Source: Macrostomum lignano (Eukaryota). From it: a DNA stretch of 64,000 bases. Below, piece after piece: positions 49,110-63,644 of the stretch; within the stretch, counting starts at the first letter, position 1, and every line of letters starts with the position of its first letter. The position numbers and the translations under genes were made by a program. The stretch is from positions 291,201 to 355,200 of the forward strand of contig NIVC01001119.1 of NCBI GenBank assembly GCA_002269645.1. Reading direction: 5' to 3'. The notes under the pieces are model-generated. The model ran no database searches. It was not told where the DNA came from and saw nothing but the letters and a program-made list of their open reading frames with translations.

Positions 49110-49580
49110 GGTCGTCGCAATTATTGTGCTTCATTCAGGCTGCAGGAGTCAAGGACCCCGCGCAACAGAGGCAAGTTCTGCTCTGGCGGCAAAGAGCTGG
49201 CCGAAATGTACAAACAGCTAAGCAACACTGGAGACACCATCGAGGCAGCAGAGAGTTGCGACTTCAGAGATCTGCGGGACTCCCTCATCCGATGCGGCCG
49301 TAGGGAAGCCTGCAGCATCTGTAACAAACCGAGACACCTTGCCCAGGCCTGCATGTCCAACTCAAGAGACCGCGTGCACATCCTTTGATGATCAAAGGCG
49401 GTAGGACCCGGAAAGCTTCAGCAATCTACCGAGCAACGATGAGGTGTTCTCTCTGGCAACAGAAAAACTGCCGCTGCTGACAGTCTCAATCAATGGCAAG
49501 CGGCTGGAAGCCCTCGTCGACAGTGGCGCCAGCTGCAATGTAATCGACATGGCGACCTTTCAGGAGATCAAGACTGCTTG
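49110..49580 (+). mobile_element. LTR retrotransposon (Ty3/gypsy- or BEL-like) gag-protease remnant
   Basis: CCHC knuckle CSICNKPRHLAQAC (49311-49352), then in another frame LTVSINGKRLEALVDSGASCNVID with the aspartic protease DSG at 49519-49527; truncated by stops, no RT. Confidence 0.8.
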
Positions 49581-50227
49581 ATCTCCGCTTGAGCCCGCGA
49601 GCGAATTGCCCGCCGAGGTTTGCCGGCAATGCTTTTTTCCTGCAGCGTATTTGGCAGCTGGATTCTGTCTGCAATGCCCCCCCCCCCCCAAAAAAATCTG
49701 CATTTGATATGCAGCTACTATCAAAACGTTTTGATCGTGTAAATCTCTTTATTAAGTCTTACTAAGCATTGGAGAGGCAATGCAGACAAAATCTGTCGCG
49801 TGGCCAAATGCGCTGCAGGAAGAAAGCTTTGCGGGCAATTCACTTGCGGGGAAATTGCACTGCGGGCAATTCTCGGCGGGCAAATCTCCTGCGGGATTTC
49901 TCGTGCTTTAAAAAACGTTCGTTCTTTATTAGCAGCATCACACTCTCCCCATTAAGCATCTCAGCAACTCTCTCTTGAGCCTAATTGGCATCTCAGCAAT
50001 TCCCCCTTGACAGATTTAGACAGATTTAAAAAGCGACATATTACCATTCCGTTACTAGCAGTTTGTTTATCCTTACAAGATATGTATGCTGAACAAACTT
50101 TTAAACTACTCGTACTATTAGTAAAAAGAAAAACTTAAGTCATGGAAAATTACTATCGAAATCAATGTACACTGCATACGGCAAGAGTTGGCCTTCCATC
50201 CCCTCCGACTTTGGTCGGGGCTATTTC

Positions 50228-50258
50228 TCATTGGTCGACAACCAGCCTGACCAATCAG
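50228..50258 (+). promoter_or_regulatory. Paired CCAAT boxes upstream of the H3 variant
   Basis: ATTGG at 50230-50234 and GACCAATCAGC around 50249-50259, about 125-150 nt upstream of ATG 50379; an NF-Y-type arrangement common in histone promoters. Confidence 0.45.
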
Positions 50259-50306
50259 CAGGCGCACAGCAGGAAGGTAAAGACTTAACAAAGTCTTTAA
50301 GGGTAG

Positions 50307-50789
<483 letters not shown>

Positions 50790-52235
50790 GGCTCAAGATC
50801 GAAACGAGACAGGATGATAGTGTCCGAAAATGGACCTATATGACAATAACTGATACTGACTTTCCTCTCTAAATGTTGTAAAATTCCCTCTTCAAACTAT
50901 TTGAAATACAGTGTAAAGCCTTCAATATAAGACTTTCATATCAGAACCGGTTTAGCTTCAATCAAAGTGCACGGATTCACGGTATTGCCCAATATGGTGC
51001 AATAATTTTGCACATTAATAAAAATTTACCGAAAAATGCCCTTACTACTACCCAAATAAGTAGTGTAATGTGGTTGTGCCAATTTTTGTGTCTTTAGAAC
51101 CTAAAACAAAATAGAAACTTGTGTTAGACAAAGAGAACTTTTATTTCTTAGATATATGGAGCGATGGTTTAATGTAATTTAAGCGATAGATTATAATGAA
51201 GATGCAGTTAACTACCCCAGACATGTAGTTGTGAATTCAAATAGTTTAGCCTTTGCCTATGCACGGATCACGTCACTAGCAAGTCGAAATTCACACAATG
51301 GGTACAATATCTCATCGCGACTATACCAAATGAGTGTGAAAATGCGCTTTATACTACACAAATAGGTAGTGTATTGAAGTTTTACGCGTCTTTTTAGATA
51401 AGACACAATCTAGATCACGGAGCCCGTAATCAAGACAACTTAAACCCATTTAAATGGTTTAGCTATTGCAAAACAAGGTGAGTCATTGTTTCACAATATT
51501 GTGCAATATTTTCAAGTACGATTAGATGAAAAATGTGTATAACTACCCAAACAAGTAGTGACATGAGATTTTCTGAGAATTTTTTACAATTCAGATCGAA
51601 ATACTAAGCACAAAAAGAACTTCCTAATCACTAAAAGCTATTTTTGTTGAAATGAAAAACATTTGGTTAGAAACTAAAGCAATAGTTTAGAACGATTATA
51701 ACAACGAAAAAGAGCAGCCTAAACTATTTAGTTATTTTTAGTAACGTGTATTTTAAAATAAAATAATTTTTTTTAAACACAGTAGAAAATGATAATACAT
51801 TAGACGATAATGCTAAGCAAATATTTTGATATTTAATGAATGTTTTTAAGACAGAAGCTGCCAATAAATTGTGACTATATTTATTATAATACCAAACTAA
51901 TTAGCGACAGAATTGTATTAAAAAATAACTCAATAAAAATAAACGAAGGAATTTCCCTGAATTCAATAAACAGTTTATTTTGGCTGAATAGTTAAACCTG
52001 TTCAAAACCAACAAGAGAACAGGATAGAGAGTTGAACTAACACGAACAGTCAATTGAAACATTATTAAACAATGGCAATATAGTACAGTACAAGATAGAG
52101 ACACAGAACATGCTTGAATTTTTTTAAAATAGAGACCACAAGGAAAAACATAATAAAATATTAGTTAAGAAGCGAGAATAAAAGAAACTTAGCGTCACAG
52201 AGCGCACTTGTCAAAAGCTGTGCAACTGAGCCTTT

Positions 52236-52652
<417 letters not shown>

Positions 52653-55600
52653 TTAAGAGAATTTAGCAAAATTGCTGCGGGATTGAATGGGTGATTATTT
52701 GTTGTCTTAAAAACAAACAATCTGGGTTTAGTTAAGCATCAGAATTGCTGCAGGCTTTAGTCAAAAAGTTTAAAATCAAATCAAGCATCATCTCTTTATA
52801 CTGCTGAGCCTCTGACCCACAGTTTGGTTAGAAACCTACAGACTTCATGCTTACAGATTTTTAAAATTTAAAAATTGATAAAAGTCTCAAAAGCAATCGA
52901 TTTTGTGACTATCAAGTTGTTAAACATCAGTATTGCATGTAACCTTCCATTGTGACCACAATAAGCTGTCATTAATGTGGCGATTAATGTGACTATCAAA
53001 GATCTATAAGACCTATATTTAGCAATTAGTGCTTTGTTATATGCTATAGCACTAGCCAATAAGTTAAAACTACTGATAAGTATTATAAAACAATCTTTCT
53101 ATTCTTGGAACTGGGCCGGCGCGTCCTGGGCTGGCGCCGTGTCTGGGGCCGGCGCATCTAGGTGCAAGATAGATTTTTCTTATAACAGTGGCTTAATAAC
53201 TATAAAAAGCAACTCTGAATGAAGAATTGCATGCTTCTTCCTATATAAGTTTTGCCATATGATTCTAAATAACCTTACAGAGCTGGAGCTATTCTTAGAA
53301 ATACAGCCAAAACTACAAAGATTTGTTGTGGCTAGACTTGTGATTAAGTCATATTGTTTTATTTCTAAGGATAACCTTATTAATGATTTGCATATGATAT
53401 GCACCAACTCAAAAATTACAGGTCAAATGCAACTTGGTGCCACTAAATTAGAATTTATATTATAAATTCTTTCTATAAGATAAATATTTCTCTATATCAG
53501 AGAATTTTACTATAATTAACCTAAAAATTTAATGGCAAATGAAATGACCAAATTGGCAAAAGAAATGACTTTCTACAAAAAATAAGCCAACAGAAGGATA
53601 GCAAACAAATTTGTGGTTAATCTCTTATATAACTTTTGATACTAGCAGTAAGTGAAATAAATAGAAAGAAGAAACCTTTATCATAACTTTTGGTGGCATT
53701 TAAAGGAAGTTGAAATCAAGTCAGCTTTATAATAACTTTACTATTATATAAGTAATGTATTTTTTAAACTGAATAAAGAGCCCTTAGTTTTTGTCTTAGC
53801 AATTAGGAGAGAAGAAAATTTTCTATACAAGGAAATCCTTGTTCAGAAAATGAAGCTATTTACATTAAGCTATGTACATTAAAAACTGGCAACCAACTTC
53901 AAATAAACAGTTGGGTTATTCCGGGGCCAGTGCTCTCCTAAGAGTGTTCTAACGTACACCCACTACCCGGCTCTCTCTCTCTCTTTCTCTGTCTGTCTCA
54001 GTTTTGATCTGTTGACTCTCCCCCATGTTTTGTTATTACAATTTTGTGCATCACTGACTATCTGCCACTGAAATGTATTTATACTCTACATTTTGACTTA
54101 AATTAAATAAATTCCAATCTGCCCAATGATGCCTAAAGTTAGGCAAAACATGTTGTTCTAATGAAAATGCTCGCAATCTCTTTTCTTTTATTAGCTTAAA
54201 GAATAATAGCATATATATAAAATGTTGACAGTCCTTTACTTTTGCACATTTAATTATTTTTCAAAAATTCAACAAATTCTAAACACAATTATAATTAAGT
54301 TTAATAATAGCAAGTTTGTTGTGTCATATTTGGTTGCACTAGATATTATAATAGTGCACTACATAGAAAAATATATTGCCAAAAGGTGTTTTGCAAGTGG
54401 CAATAGTACCATAGAAACTTATCTAGATAGGTATTAAATAGGGATTTGGGCCTTTGGATATGCCATCAATGGCCATGAATGAGGCCTTAATCAGCTTAGT
54501 ATAGGCCCATTTACCGTTAATTGTATTTGTATTAGCATGGACATCTAGGTTGTTAAGGTCCAAAAATGCAGCCAATTAAAATTGTTTAAAAAAGTAAGCA
54601 AGGCAAGAAATCTCTTAGAATCTCAGTCTTAGGCCTATATCAGAGACAACTTAAACTACTAGGACGCAAAATAAGCCAAATCATGGCAAAAAAAGTTGGG
54701 GGCTTGTTTGAGTCTATGGGTGCCCAATTTTTCATGCATTAAATGCTTAGCTTAGCTGCTGAAAAGACTAAAGGCTACAGTATTATTTTTGCTTTAAAAG
54801 GTTCAGTAAGTTGTCTAAAAGGTTTTTTATTCAGTTTTAAATGTTTTTTTAGTACTAAAAAACGGCCATACAGAGCACAATGACATACAATTAGACATGT
54901 GAGTTATTCATGAAGAAAAGGTTTAAACTTAGAATGGTGTATATATTGTGGAACGGAACTGAACATAACTTATTTGAGGAGGAACTTATACAGGGACCTG
55001 TATACTATATAGGAAAAACTGGGGTACTAAGCAAAAATTACATATATTTAAGCATGTGAGATAAGCATAAGAGAAAAAAGTTTAATAGCATAAAATGGTG
55101 TGTGTACAAAAGTATATGGCAACTTGTACTCATAGAATAGAACACAGAAAATCAGGACTAAACAGAACAAATTTTAGGAGGAACCCAGATGAGAAGCAGT
55201 TAGATATGAAAGATTTCGGATTGAAAAATTTGAAACTCCAAAGACAGAATGCGTTTTACCAGGCCTTTAAAATAAACATGATCGTAAGCCGACGACTTAT
55301 ACTGCCGTGTCTATGGAGCCGTCACACTTCAGTGCTGCAACAACCTTTTCATTAAAGACTTGGAGAGCGAGTGTTACTTTCATTTTTCTATATGCTAGCT
55401 AGAACTGAAGGATACAAGTAGCAAGCTACGTGGGTTAATTCCGTTTATTTGACAATGTGATATTCTTCTGATTTGTACAGTCGAATCACATCTATCCATT
55501 TGGCTAATATAGGGCCTAACTATCTGCACCTCGCGGTTGAATAGTTAGGGTTCCATTGGATTTGGTTTGCCAATTGTTGCAAGTCTTGAATCAAAACTGG

Positions 55601-57933
55601 TATATGCATAATGAATACGCGAATGGAGAAGTTTAGGGTAAATAAAAACTGTCTGTCTGTTTGTCTGTATCAAGCACAAAAAGGGAAAGCCAGAAGGCGG
55701 ATCTTTCGGTCTTTCATGTTGACCATTCTTTCACATGGGGTGTCACTAGCCAGTGCTTTTGGCATATGTCTATGTGTTCAGTCACTTTTTAGAATGGTAA
55801 GTTTTATCGCAGTGGTTATTTTTAACAATTAGTTTATAATAAATTCATCCACGCATACCAGCGTATGATTGCTTAGAATTAACATCTTTCTTACCTCAAA
55901 AATATTTGGTAGGGTTTGTCTCCAATGTTCCCATTCTTGTGCATCTCAAGGAAGAGTAAATATTGTTGTTTGGCTTTCTTCTGAGTTAGTTTGATCTGCA
56001 GTTAAAGATGCTGCACTTTCTCGACATTTTTCACAGTCGCACAAGAGATGAGGGCTTTTTATTTGCCCTCACATCTTTTTAGACTGAAGAGTTGTAGTTG
56101 GAAAAGCCTGGCCATAGAACACTGCTTTCAAACGAGCCCCCAACTTTTTTCACCATGATTTGGCTTAATTTGCATCCCGGTAGTTTTAGTTGTCCCTGGG
56201 CCTATATAGCCAGTTTCTTTAAAAAAGGAGCAATTGTAGGTTTTTGCCATTTCAAACTAGGCCTAAGCTTAGTAAATATGGACATAAAATCAATCTACTA
56301 CCATGTGTTATACTTGTGCAAGTTCAAATATTTACTTATGGAAATGGAAACTATTAAATAAGCTACTATTTTTTTAAAAAAATAATTAGGCCTAAGGCTA
56401 AAGTTTCTAAACATGCAAAATTAGAGGATTGACAAAATGTTTTCTGTGGTCTTATATAGTCTAGGCTTCATGTGACCTAGCGTATGTGACCATTCATGTG
56501 ACCATTTTGGCTACAATAGGTTTTTGATCAATACATCATATGGCAAGGAATAAAAAAGCTAAAAAATGACATTTAGGCTTTTAGCCTATAGGCCTAGCCA
56601 TATAGGCATAGAAATCAGTTAGGGCTAGGCTCAATAAAAAATGTTATAGCTAAACCTATTACTTTTTTGACACATTTTTTGACACATTTTCAGAGGTTCC
56701 AACAATTTCCGACATTTTTTGACACCGACACTTTAAGTGTCTTAAAAAGGTGTCGGAAGATATGTCTGAAAATGTGTCGGTGAAAGTTATACAGGTTTTT
56801 GGAATTTGGGTTTACTAGGCAGTAGTAGTAATAGTAATTTAATGGCAGTGCTTATCCCCACGGTACCATAGGAATAATTTCTGTCTTATTCCAACGGTAC
56901 TGTGGGAATAATTTTCTGCTTATCCGCACGGCACACTGACGAGATAGCTGGCCCGCTTCCATTTTCTATGCGGGTAACCATATTAAAATGTCAGCATTTT
57001 TTTTACAATTTTAAATCAATTTAAGCGTACTTCTCGCTTTAACAAAAAATATTAGCTATTGTAACATATTTACACAATTCACTTCATAAGGTTTTTCGCT
57101 GAGAATCTCAACTTTTTTTTAGTTATTGCTGACATAGACTTACGGACATAAGTTTCTGCGTGTTTTACATTAATTTATTTAATTACTTTAGATCCTGGTT
57201 ACTGTAACTTCATTATATCTCTTACTTACTTAGCAGTCTTAGTTTTATTGTTTTTTTTAAATTTTATTGTATCTTTTATTTTATCATTTTGTACATGGCA
57301 GACTGCAGACTGCTGCTCTGCTGTCTGGGACTAGTATCCAGTATATCTGGCGAAAAGACATTCCATCGATAGGTAATCCAGCGACAGTTAAAGCATTGTC
57401 ACTATTGACATTGTCACAATTGACAATTTTCATGTCACGTGACAGTTGTCGCATTGCATCCTATGAATGACAATTGTTATATTGCGTGACAATTGTTAGA
57501 GGCCTATGCATACTTGTGCCTAAAAGCCATTAAAATGATCCATGGCTTGGCTCATTGGTTTTATGAATAGGCCTATATTTTATTTGGGCAAACTCCTAGT
57601 TTGCTGCATTAAATTATTTTTACATTTAAAACCTTTTAAAAGTAGAGAAAGTTGCCAAACGTCTTCTCCGGGAAGAGGCGGCGCCAGAGATAGGGCCTAC
57701 TTGTTCAGGTGAGTCTCGAATAGTGCGTCACTTGTGCCATGCATTTTCCGGAACTTGTCCTTCACTTGTGCCCACGATCCATGAAGATACATTGTAAAAA
57801 AATTCAACGCAGCAAACTAGGAGTTTGCCTTTATTTGTGCACTGAAACAGAAGGCCCATATTGTACTTAAATGTACTATACTTAGGAATTTACTAATTGA
57901 CTAAGTTACAAATTTACAAATAAATATACCATA

Positions 57934-58510
57934 CCAGTGTGCGGACCATGTACCCGTGTACGCCGGAAAAAATTCGGGCGTCAAGGACTTTGTACGCCAG
58001 TGTACGCCAAAAACAAAAAGTTGCACTAAAATGTACACCAAAAATTCCTAAAAAAAGGGTCATTCGGTTTTCACGAGTAGAGTTTTCTAGGAAAGGCTTT
58101 CGTATGAAAAGTGTCTTTAAAATATTACGAATATTGTCAGTTTAAACAAACTTAAACAACACCTACAAAAAATATCATGCAAAGTTAATACTTTCAGCAA
58201 AATTTTACACTAATTTTATTTTTTTTAACCTAAAATAAGCAAAAAGTTTATCACTGACGATATATATTTTCCTTTACTTTACGTAAAAACATTAATTTAC
58301 ATTACAATTTTCATGCACGGCGTGAATTGATTCACCAAAATTTGTACGCCAAAAAAGTATGCGTGGCTGTGTTACTTGTGTACACCAATAGTGTACGCCA
58401 ACAAAGTGCGCCAGGGGTTGTGTACGCCGATTGTGTACGCCAAGGACTGAGGGTGGCCGTTTTGTACGCCGGAAAAGTTCCGGCGTACATGCATACCATC
58501 CGCAACCTGG
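57934..58510. mobile_element. hAT-type MITE, 577 bp, with subterminal TGTACGCC repeats
   Basis: Ends CCAGTGTGCGGA / TCCGCAACCTGG; perfect 8-bp TSD ATACCATA (57926-57933 and 58511-58518); multiple TGTACGCC motifs at both ends. Confidence 0.85.
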
Positions 58511-59039
58511 ATACCATATGCTAGGGTAGGACCTAGGATACAGCTAGGCCTAGGATACAGCTAGGCCTAGGCCAGTTGGTGAAAAATAGTTGACAAGTTT
58601 AGGCCTTGGCTTACTAATTCCCTTTTAAATATCAAGACAATAGGGCCTATATTAGGCCTAGTCAACAATTGTCATTTCATCTTTCAAGTTTCTTTGACTC
58701 TTTGACTTTCTTTGCTCTTAGTCTTAGATAAGCCTAGGCCCCCTATTACAAAATCTGTGATAATATTAAGGCCTATTAATAAAAAATTGTTGATTTTTTT
58801 ACTTTTTATTAATATTTGTACTTGTAACTTATTTCAACTAAGTGGCAGGCCTACAACTCAATATAAGGCCTAATGCAATACAATGCATATATAATAGCTA
58901 GATATCCACTAACCACTTATATTAATAAAAATAATGTAGAGTATTTATAGGCATGGCAGCTGTCTATAAGTATGGAGCTTATAGGCATGGTGGCTATGTC
59001 TATAATATTAGAGCTTATAGGCACAGCTAGGGGGCCTAT

Positions 59040-60226
59040 CAGTGTTGGGCACCGTTAATGAAAATCTTAACTTCCATTAATAGCAAAAGCGTTAGCGTTA
59101 AAACAAAAAAATCTTAACTTTTTAACTCTTAATTTCATTAATTTAATTGAAAATTAACTGATAATCATTAATAAGCATTAATCCATTAAAGTTAACACAG
59201 AAAATACGGAAATCTTGCATGTTTTTTCCAAAAGAGACTTCATATTGCACATCTTTGCTATCCCTATTGCAGCGCATGGCTTAAGTACACCAGACGCCTA
59301 CACAACCTGCGCCACGCTGTGAAATGACTTACCTGTGAAAGAAACCCTAAAGCAAAATTAACGCAGTTTTGGGTAAACGGCAGGAGTAACTATGACTGTC
59401 CTATCAAGCCTAAATGCCTTGGCATCTAATTAGTACTACGCCCATATTCTATGGGGTGGCATTTTTGCGACTTACCCCTGGTCCACCACCAATGCTGCGC
59501 TGCGCAGGCTGATCCGCGCCGGACGCCGTCCGCCAAAATGCCCATGCGCTGCAATCAGGTTTGCTATTCCATCTTTTTAGCAAAACACAGAGGTTATCTA
59601 AGCGATTTGAAAGCTAAAAAAGTAATAAATAATCATTTTAAAAATTTGCATGCATAATACTACTAAAAGTAAAGCATATGGTAAAAAAAGTAACTTATTT
59701 TATTTGAAACTTAAAAGCTAATAGCAAGAAATTCATAATTAAATACGCATAGGAAGGTTGTTTTAGTACCATTAGCAGGCGCAGCAAAAAGTTGCGAAAG
59801 ATTGGGACAGAAGTGAATCAAAGCGATTGATGTTCACGCGCAAGAAATAAAGTTTCACACTATTTTAATTCATTATTTTAAAGTTTATTTGTAAGAAGTT
59901 GTTAATTACATATACATTTGTATGATCATCGTCATAAATAAAGAGATTATATTTAGGCATATAGGTAAGCTCAAATACATTCGTAATGTTTAAACTTCTT
60001 GTAAGACTTCTATTTTTTGTTCCTTCTTTGCGTCTTTGGTCATTGACATAGACACTACCGTTAACGATGAATTCATCGTTAATTCACAAAACTTTTAACG
60101 CAAATTCGTTAATCCATTAGTTAAAAAAATCTTAACGACAGTCCATTAACGTTAATGAAAAATCTTAATGCTTATTAATGCTTATTAACAGATTAACATT
60201 TATTAATAGACTGGTGCCCAACACTG
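59040..60226. mobile_element. hAT-like TIR element, 1187 bp
   Basis: Perfect 14-bp TIR CAGTGTTGGGCACC (59040-59053) / GGTGCCCAACACTG (60213-60226), TTAAC-rich subterminal repeats. The TSD is not clean (GGGCCTAT vs ACAGCTAT). Confidence 0.7.
59371..59434 (+). pseudogene. Degenerate 28S (LSU) rRNA-like fragment, helix 68-71 region
   Basis: GGGTAAACGGCAGGAGTAACTATGACT matches 26/27 and AAATGCCTTGGCATCTAATTAGT 21/23 to the universally conserved eukaryotic LSU segment as I recall it; the 14 nt between them are diverged. Confidence 0.7.
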
Positions 60227-60231
60227 ACAGC

Positions 60232-60916
60232 TATAATCATCAATATAAAATGCATGTTCTATAGGGTTCCCTCATAAGCAAATGGTGGCTTAGTGGATAT
60301 GTCAATTGCCTTGTGATTGTGTGTAGAAAGGTTCAAATCTCAAGTGGTTGAAGTTTTTTTAATTTGAATTTTTTAGCAGACAAAAATTTTTGCATCTTGA
60401 ACTTTTTAAGTTTTTTAATTAAAATAAAATTATAAATTAAATTCATTTTTTTAATAAGAGTAAAACAATCTTAAAGTGCGACCACAATTATATTTATTGC
60501 TGTATCTATAAGTATTCAAAGTTATAGATTATTACACATTTTATATTATTAGAATTTTCCTATGTTTTTGTCTTCACTTATTGTTAGAATTTTATTTATT
60601 TTCAAGTCGTTTAATTACACATTTAATAAGGCTATATAATGTTTACCTTATAACAAAGTATGGCCAATATGTATCGAAAAAATGGTTGTAACTATTTTTT
60701 CAGTAGTTACAACTTACATATATAATTAGGGCCACACTTTAAGATTTAGTGTTACTTTAAAAAATTTAATTTCATTTAAAAAATTCAAATAAAAAACTCT
60801 GTCCACTTGGGATTTGAATCTTTTGACACAATCACAAGGCAATTAACTTATCTGCTAAGCCATTATTGGCTTATGAGAGAGCCCTACAGAACATGCATTT
60901 TATATTGATGATTATA
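60232..60916. repeat. Foldback with about 140-bp arms containing tRNA-like A/B boxes
   Basis: Arms 60232-60374 and 60778-60916, about 85% complementary; left arm has TGGCTTAGTGG ... GGTTCAAATCT. Confidence 0.8.
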
Positions 60917-62100
60917 TACATGGCAGCCATGCCTATAAGCTCTAATATTATAGACATGGCCACCCACCGTGTCTTTAAGTGTGAACCCATTCAATATTAA
61001 TGACATGACCACCCATCATGTCATCAAGTGCAAACCCATTCAATATTAAAGACATGCCTACCATGCAAGTTTCATTGACATAGTGGCCATGCCTTTAATA
61101 ATGACTAAGTCTATACTTATTGTAACAGGGGAGATTCTTCCTTCTTAATAATATCCCACTGCTTTTACCAAAAGCTGTCCTAGGGCTCTTAATTATTCTT
61201 TTGTTTAGCTTTACTCGCTGCCACCAAGCTTTTATAGGTGTGTTAATTCTGTCTTTCTACTTAATGTACTTTTGCATAAATGTACTACTGATATTGGTAG
61301 CGTCTACTTATCTACTTATATTGGTAGCGTCTACTTATCTAATGGTAGTGGTTGTACATGCACTGTACCTTTTGCCTGAGCAGTCTATTGGCACTGTTTA
61401 CTCTTATATCTCTCAGTCCTGGCATTCCCGGGATCAAAGGGTCACAGCTTTATATTTTCCCTGCCCTGAGGTGACTTTCCCTTGCTATGAAGCGGTTCTT
61501 CTACCCTGAGGCGAATTCACTATTTTCTATCGTTTTCCTGCCCTGAGGTGATTCTCGCTTTTTAGGGGATCTTAATACTCCTGATTTGGGGCTTCTACTC
61601 TAAGAAATGATCAAGTCTTAAAGTGATTTCAATATTTAGAACAAACTAAGTTTGCTTATTGAAAACCAAGAGGCAGCAAAAGGTCACAATTTATTTTTCC
61701 TGGCCCAATCTAGGCCCCTATTTATACTATGAATTGGCGTAATTTTAAGAAAATAATAATTCCCAAAAATATTTTTACAGATCACAACATTTAAACAAAA
61801 TATTTAGTTTTCGTGCGAATTTGAACAAAAGCTTTCTAAGAAATACAGTATTCATGCATAAAAATAGTTATTACTTCAGTACTTCTTAGGCACTATATCA
61901 TTATAGACAGTGGCTATGTCTCTAAGTGTGGTGTAATAATAATAATTATAATCACTAATCAGTGGTCTTTTATAGGACTAAACATTTGGTCAAACTGTTT
62001 TCAACTTTAGCTTGATCTATATGGTACTTTTCTAATATATTTTAAAAACTCAAAAACCCGATGCAACACAATAGTCAACATGTTAACTTTTGCACTGAAT

Positions 62101-62272
62101 CATGCATGCGCAACCTTGGGATTCACCTGGCTGTTTCTATTGGCAACACACACATGTAAGTTGCTATTGGTTGAGAGCAGTCACGTGACTACTATTCCAT
62201 CCAATAGTGACTTACATGTGTGTGTTGCCAATTGAAATAGCCGGATGAATCCCTAGGTTGCGCCCAAGCATG
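62101..62272. mobile_element. 172-bp palindromic MITE, copy 2
   Basis: Same family as 29576-29747; 8-bp TSD CACTGAAT at 62093-62100 and 62273-62280. Confidence 0.88.
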
Positions 62273-62612
62273 CACTGAATACAGGTGTAATACTAATTAG
62301 ATAGTAAGGCATTTAGCCTTAGTAAGATAGTCATAGTTACTCTTGCTATTTACCCAAAACTGCACTATGCTGCATTATCTGCCTTGACTCTAGCCATAAT
62401 GTAACTCTAGAAAATAAATTCCAAAACTATGACTAATAGTTGGATGCCTTTTGTCCACTTATTTCAATAAAGTATCTTTAGAATACATTAAATTATTAAT
62501 ATCATATAACCAATAAAATCTTAGTAATAATTACAATAATATAAATTAATATATAATAAAATAATTCTATTGAATTAAAGTTTGAGGTAAGCATTGATTT
62601 TATTCACATATA

Positions 62613-62720
62613 GTGCAACCTTGGGTCCTTAGGAATCCCTTGGCCATTTTTATTGGCAATGCACATATACATGTAAGTCATTAGTCACTATTGACTACAA
62701 GCAGTCATATGGCTATTATT
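62613..62720. mobile_element. Degenerate partial copy of the same MITE family
   Basis: GTGCAACCTTGGG...TATTGGCAA...CATGTAAGTC...GCAGTCATATGGCTA resembles the left arm and spacer of the 172-bp MITE. Confidence 0.55.
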
Positions 62721-63644
62721 CTGTCTCATAGTTTGGATTATCTTATATCTAAAGCTGAGTGGATCGATCGATTGACCGGCCGGGTTTAATGCGTATCTCC
62801 TCCTAGACGGCTGGCAACTCAAATGCGAGACTTATATATGTCAATGCAGAATTTTCCTACGCAACAAATAGGCTATTTTAATGTTGAAATTTCCAAAATT
62901 AAGTCAGTTAAAAAAGCAAAAAACTGTTTTCTTAACCTTCTTTGGCCACTTTGCCTCTCCAGTGAGGGGTAGTGGCATAATTGTAAAAACAACCACCCCA
63001 ACCTCCTCCCGCGGGTCGCTGTGTTTTGGAGGGGTGGGTGACGCGTGTTCTGGGTTCAATGCTAATAAAACCCCCGCGTGTTGGGGGTGAAGTAAAATTT
63101 AATGATTCCCCCGGCCCAGAATAGGGGGGTTGGTTTGGGCTGAGTGTACATAGAAATGTACTGTGTAAACAGATAGATAAGGACTGTGTCGAGATTCAAT
63201 TGGTTTTATTATCGGCGTCTTTCAAAAGACTGTGTATTTAGCTGGGCAGCTAAATTCAATGAATAAACTTGCCAGCCTCTTACTAGCAGGCAGTGAATGT
63301 ACAGTCGATACTTCGATGCTTTAAATCGGGAAGTTCAAACGCTAACTGTTCCTTGAGTTTTAAGCTTTGAGAGGAGAGAATTTATATTGCTGGAAAGATC
63401 TTGCAACGCTGAGTTTGGGGATATAAGTTATTTGCTTTAAATATGAAAACAAAAAGCACAGCATTGAAAAAACGATTTCCATACTTTTAAACTTTCTGCC
63501 AAGATTGTACTTGGAGGGGGTTGCGTACAGAAATTCAAGCTAGCTGTCATTTGAGTAATTTCAGTAATGGAGGAGGCGGGTGACAAATTTCAATTGGTTT
63601 GATTATTGGTGCTTTCAGTCCGTCAGATAAGAGAGTAGAGAGAA

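Noticed and set aside
53240-53880. hAT transposase C-terminal remnant (NFWWHLK frame)
   Set aside because: Multiple stops and no recognisable S-x-x-x-E-R-x-F-S motif; too weak to call.
59371-59434. Functional rRNA gene
   Set aside because: Only about 64 nt are similar, the core is mutated and no flanking rDNA is present.
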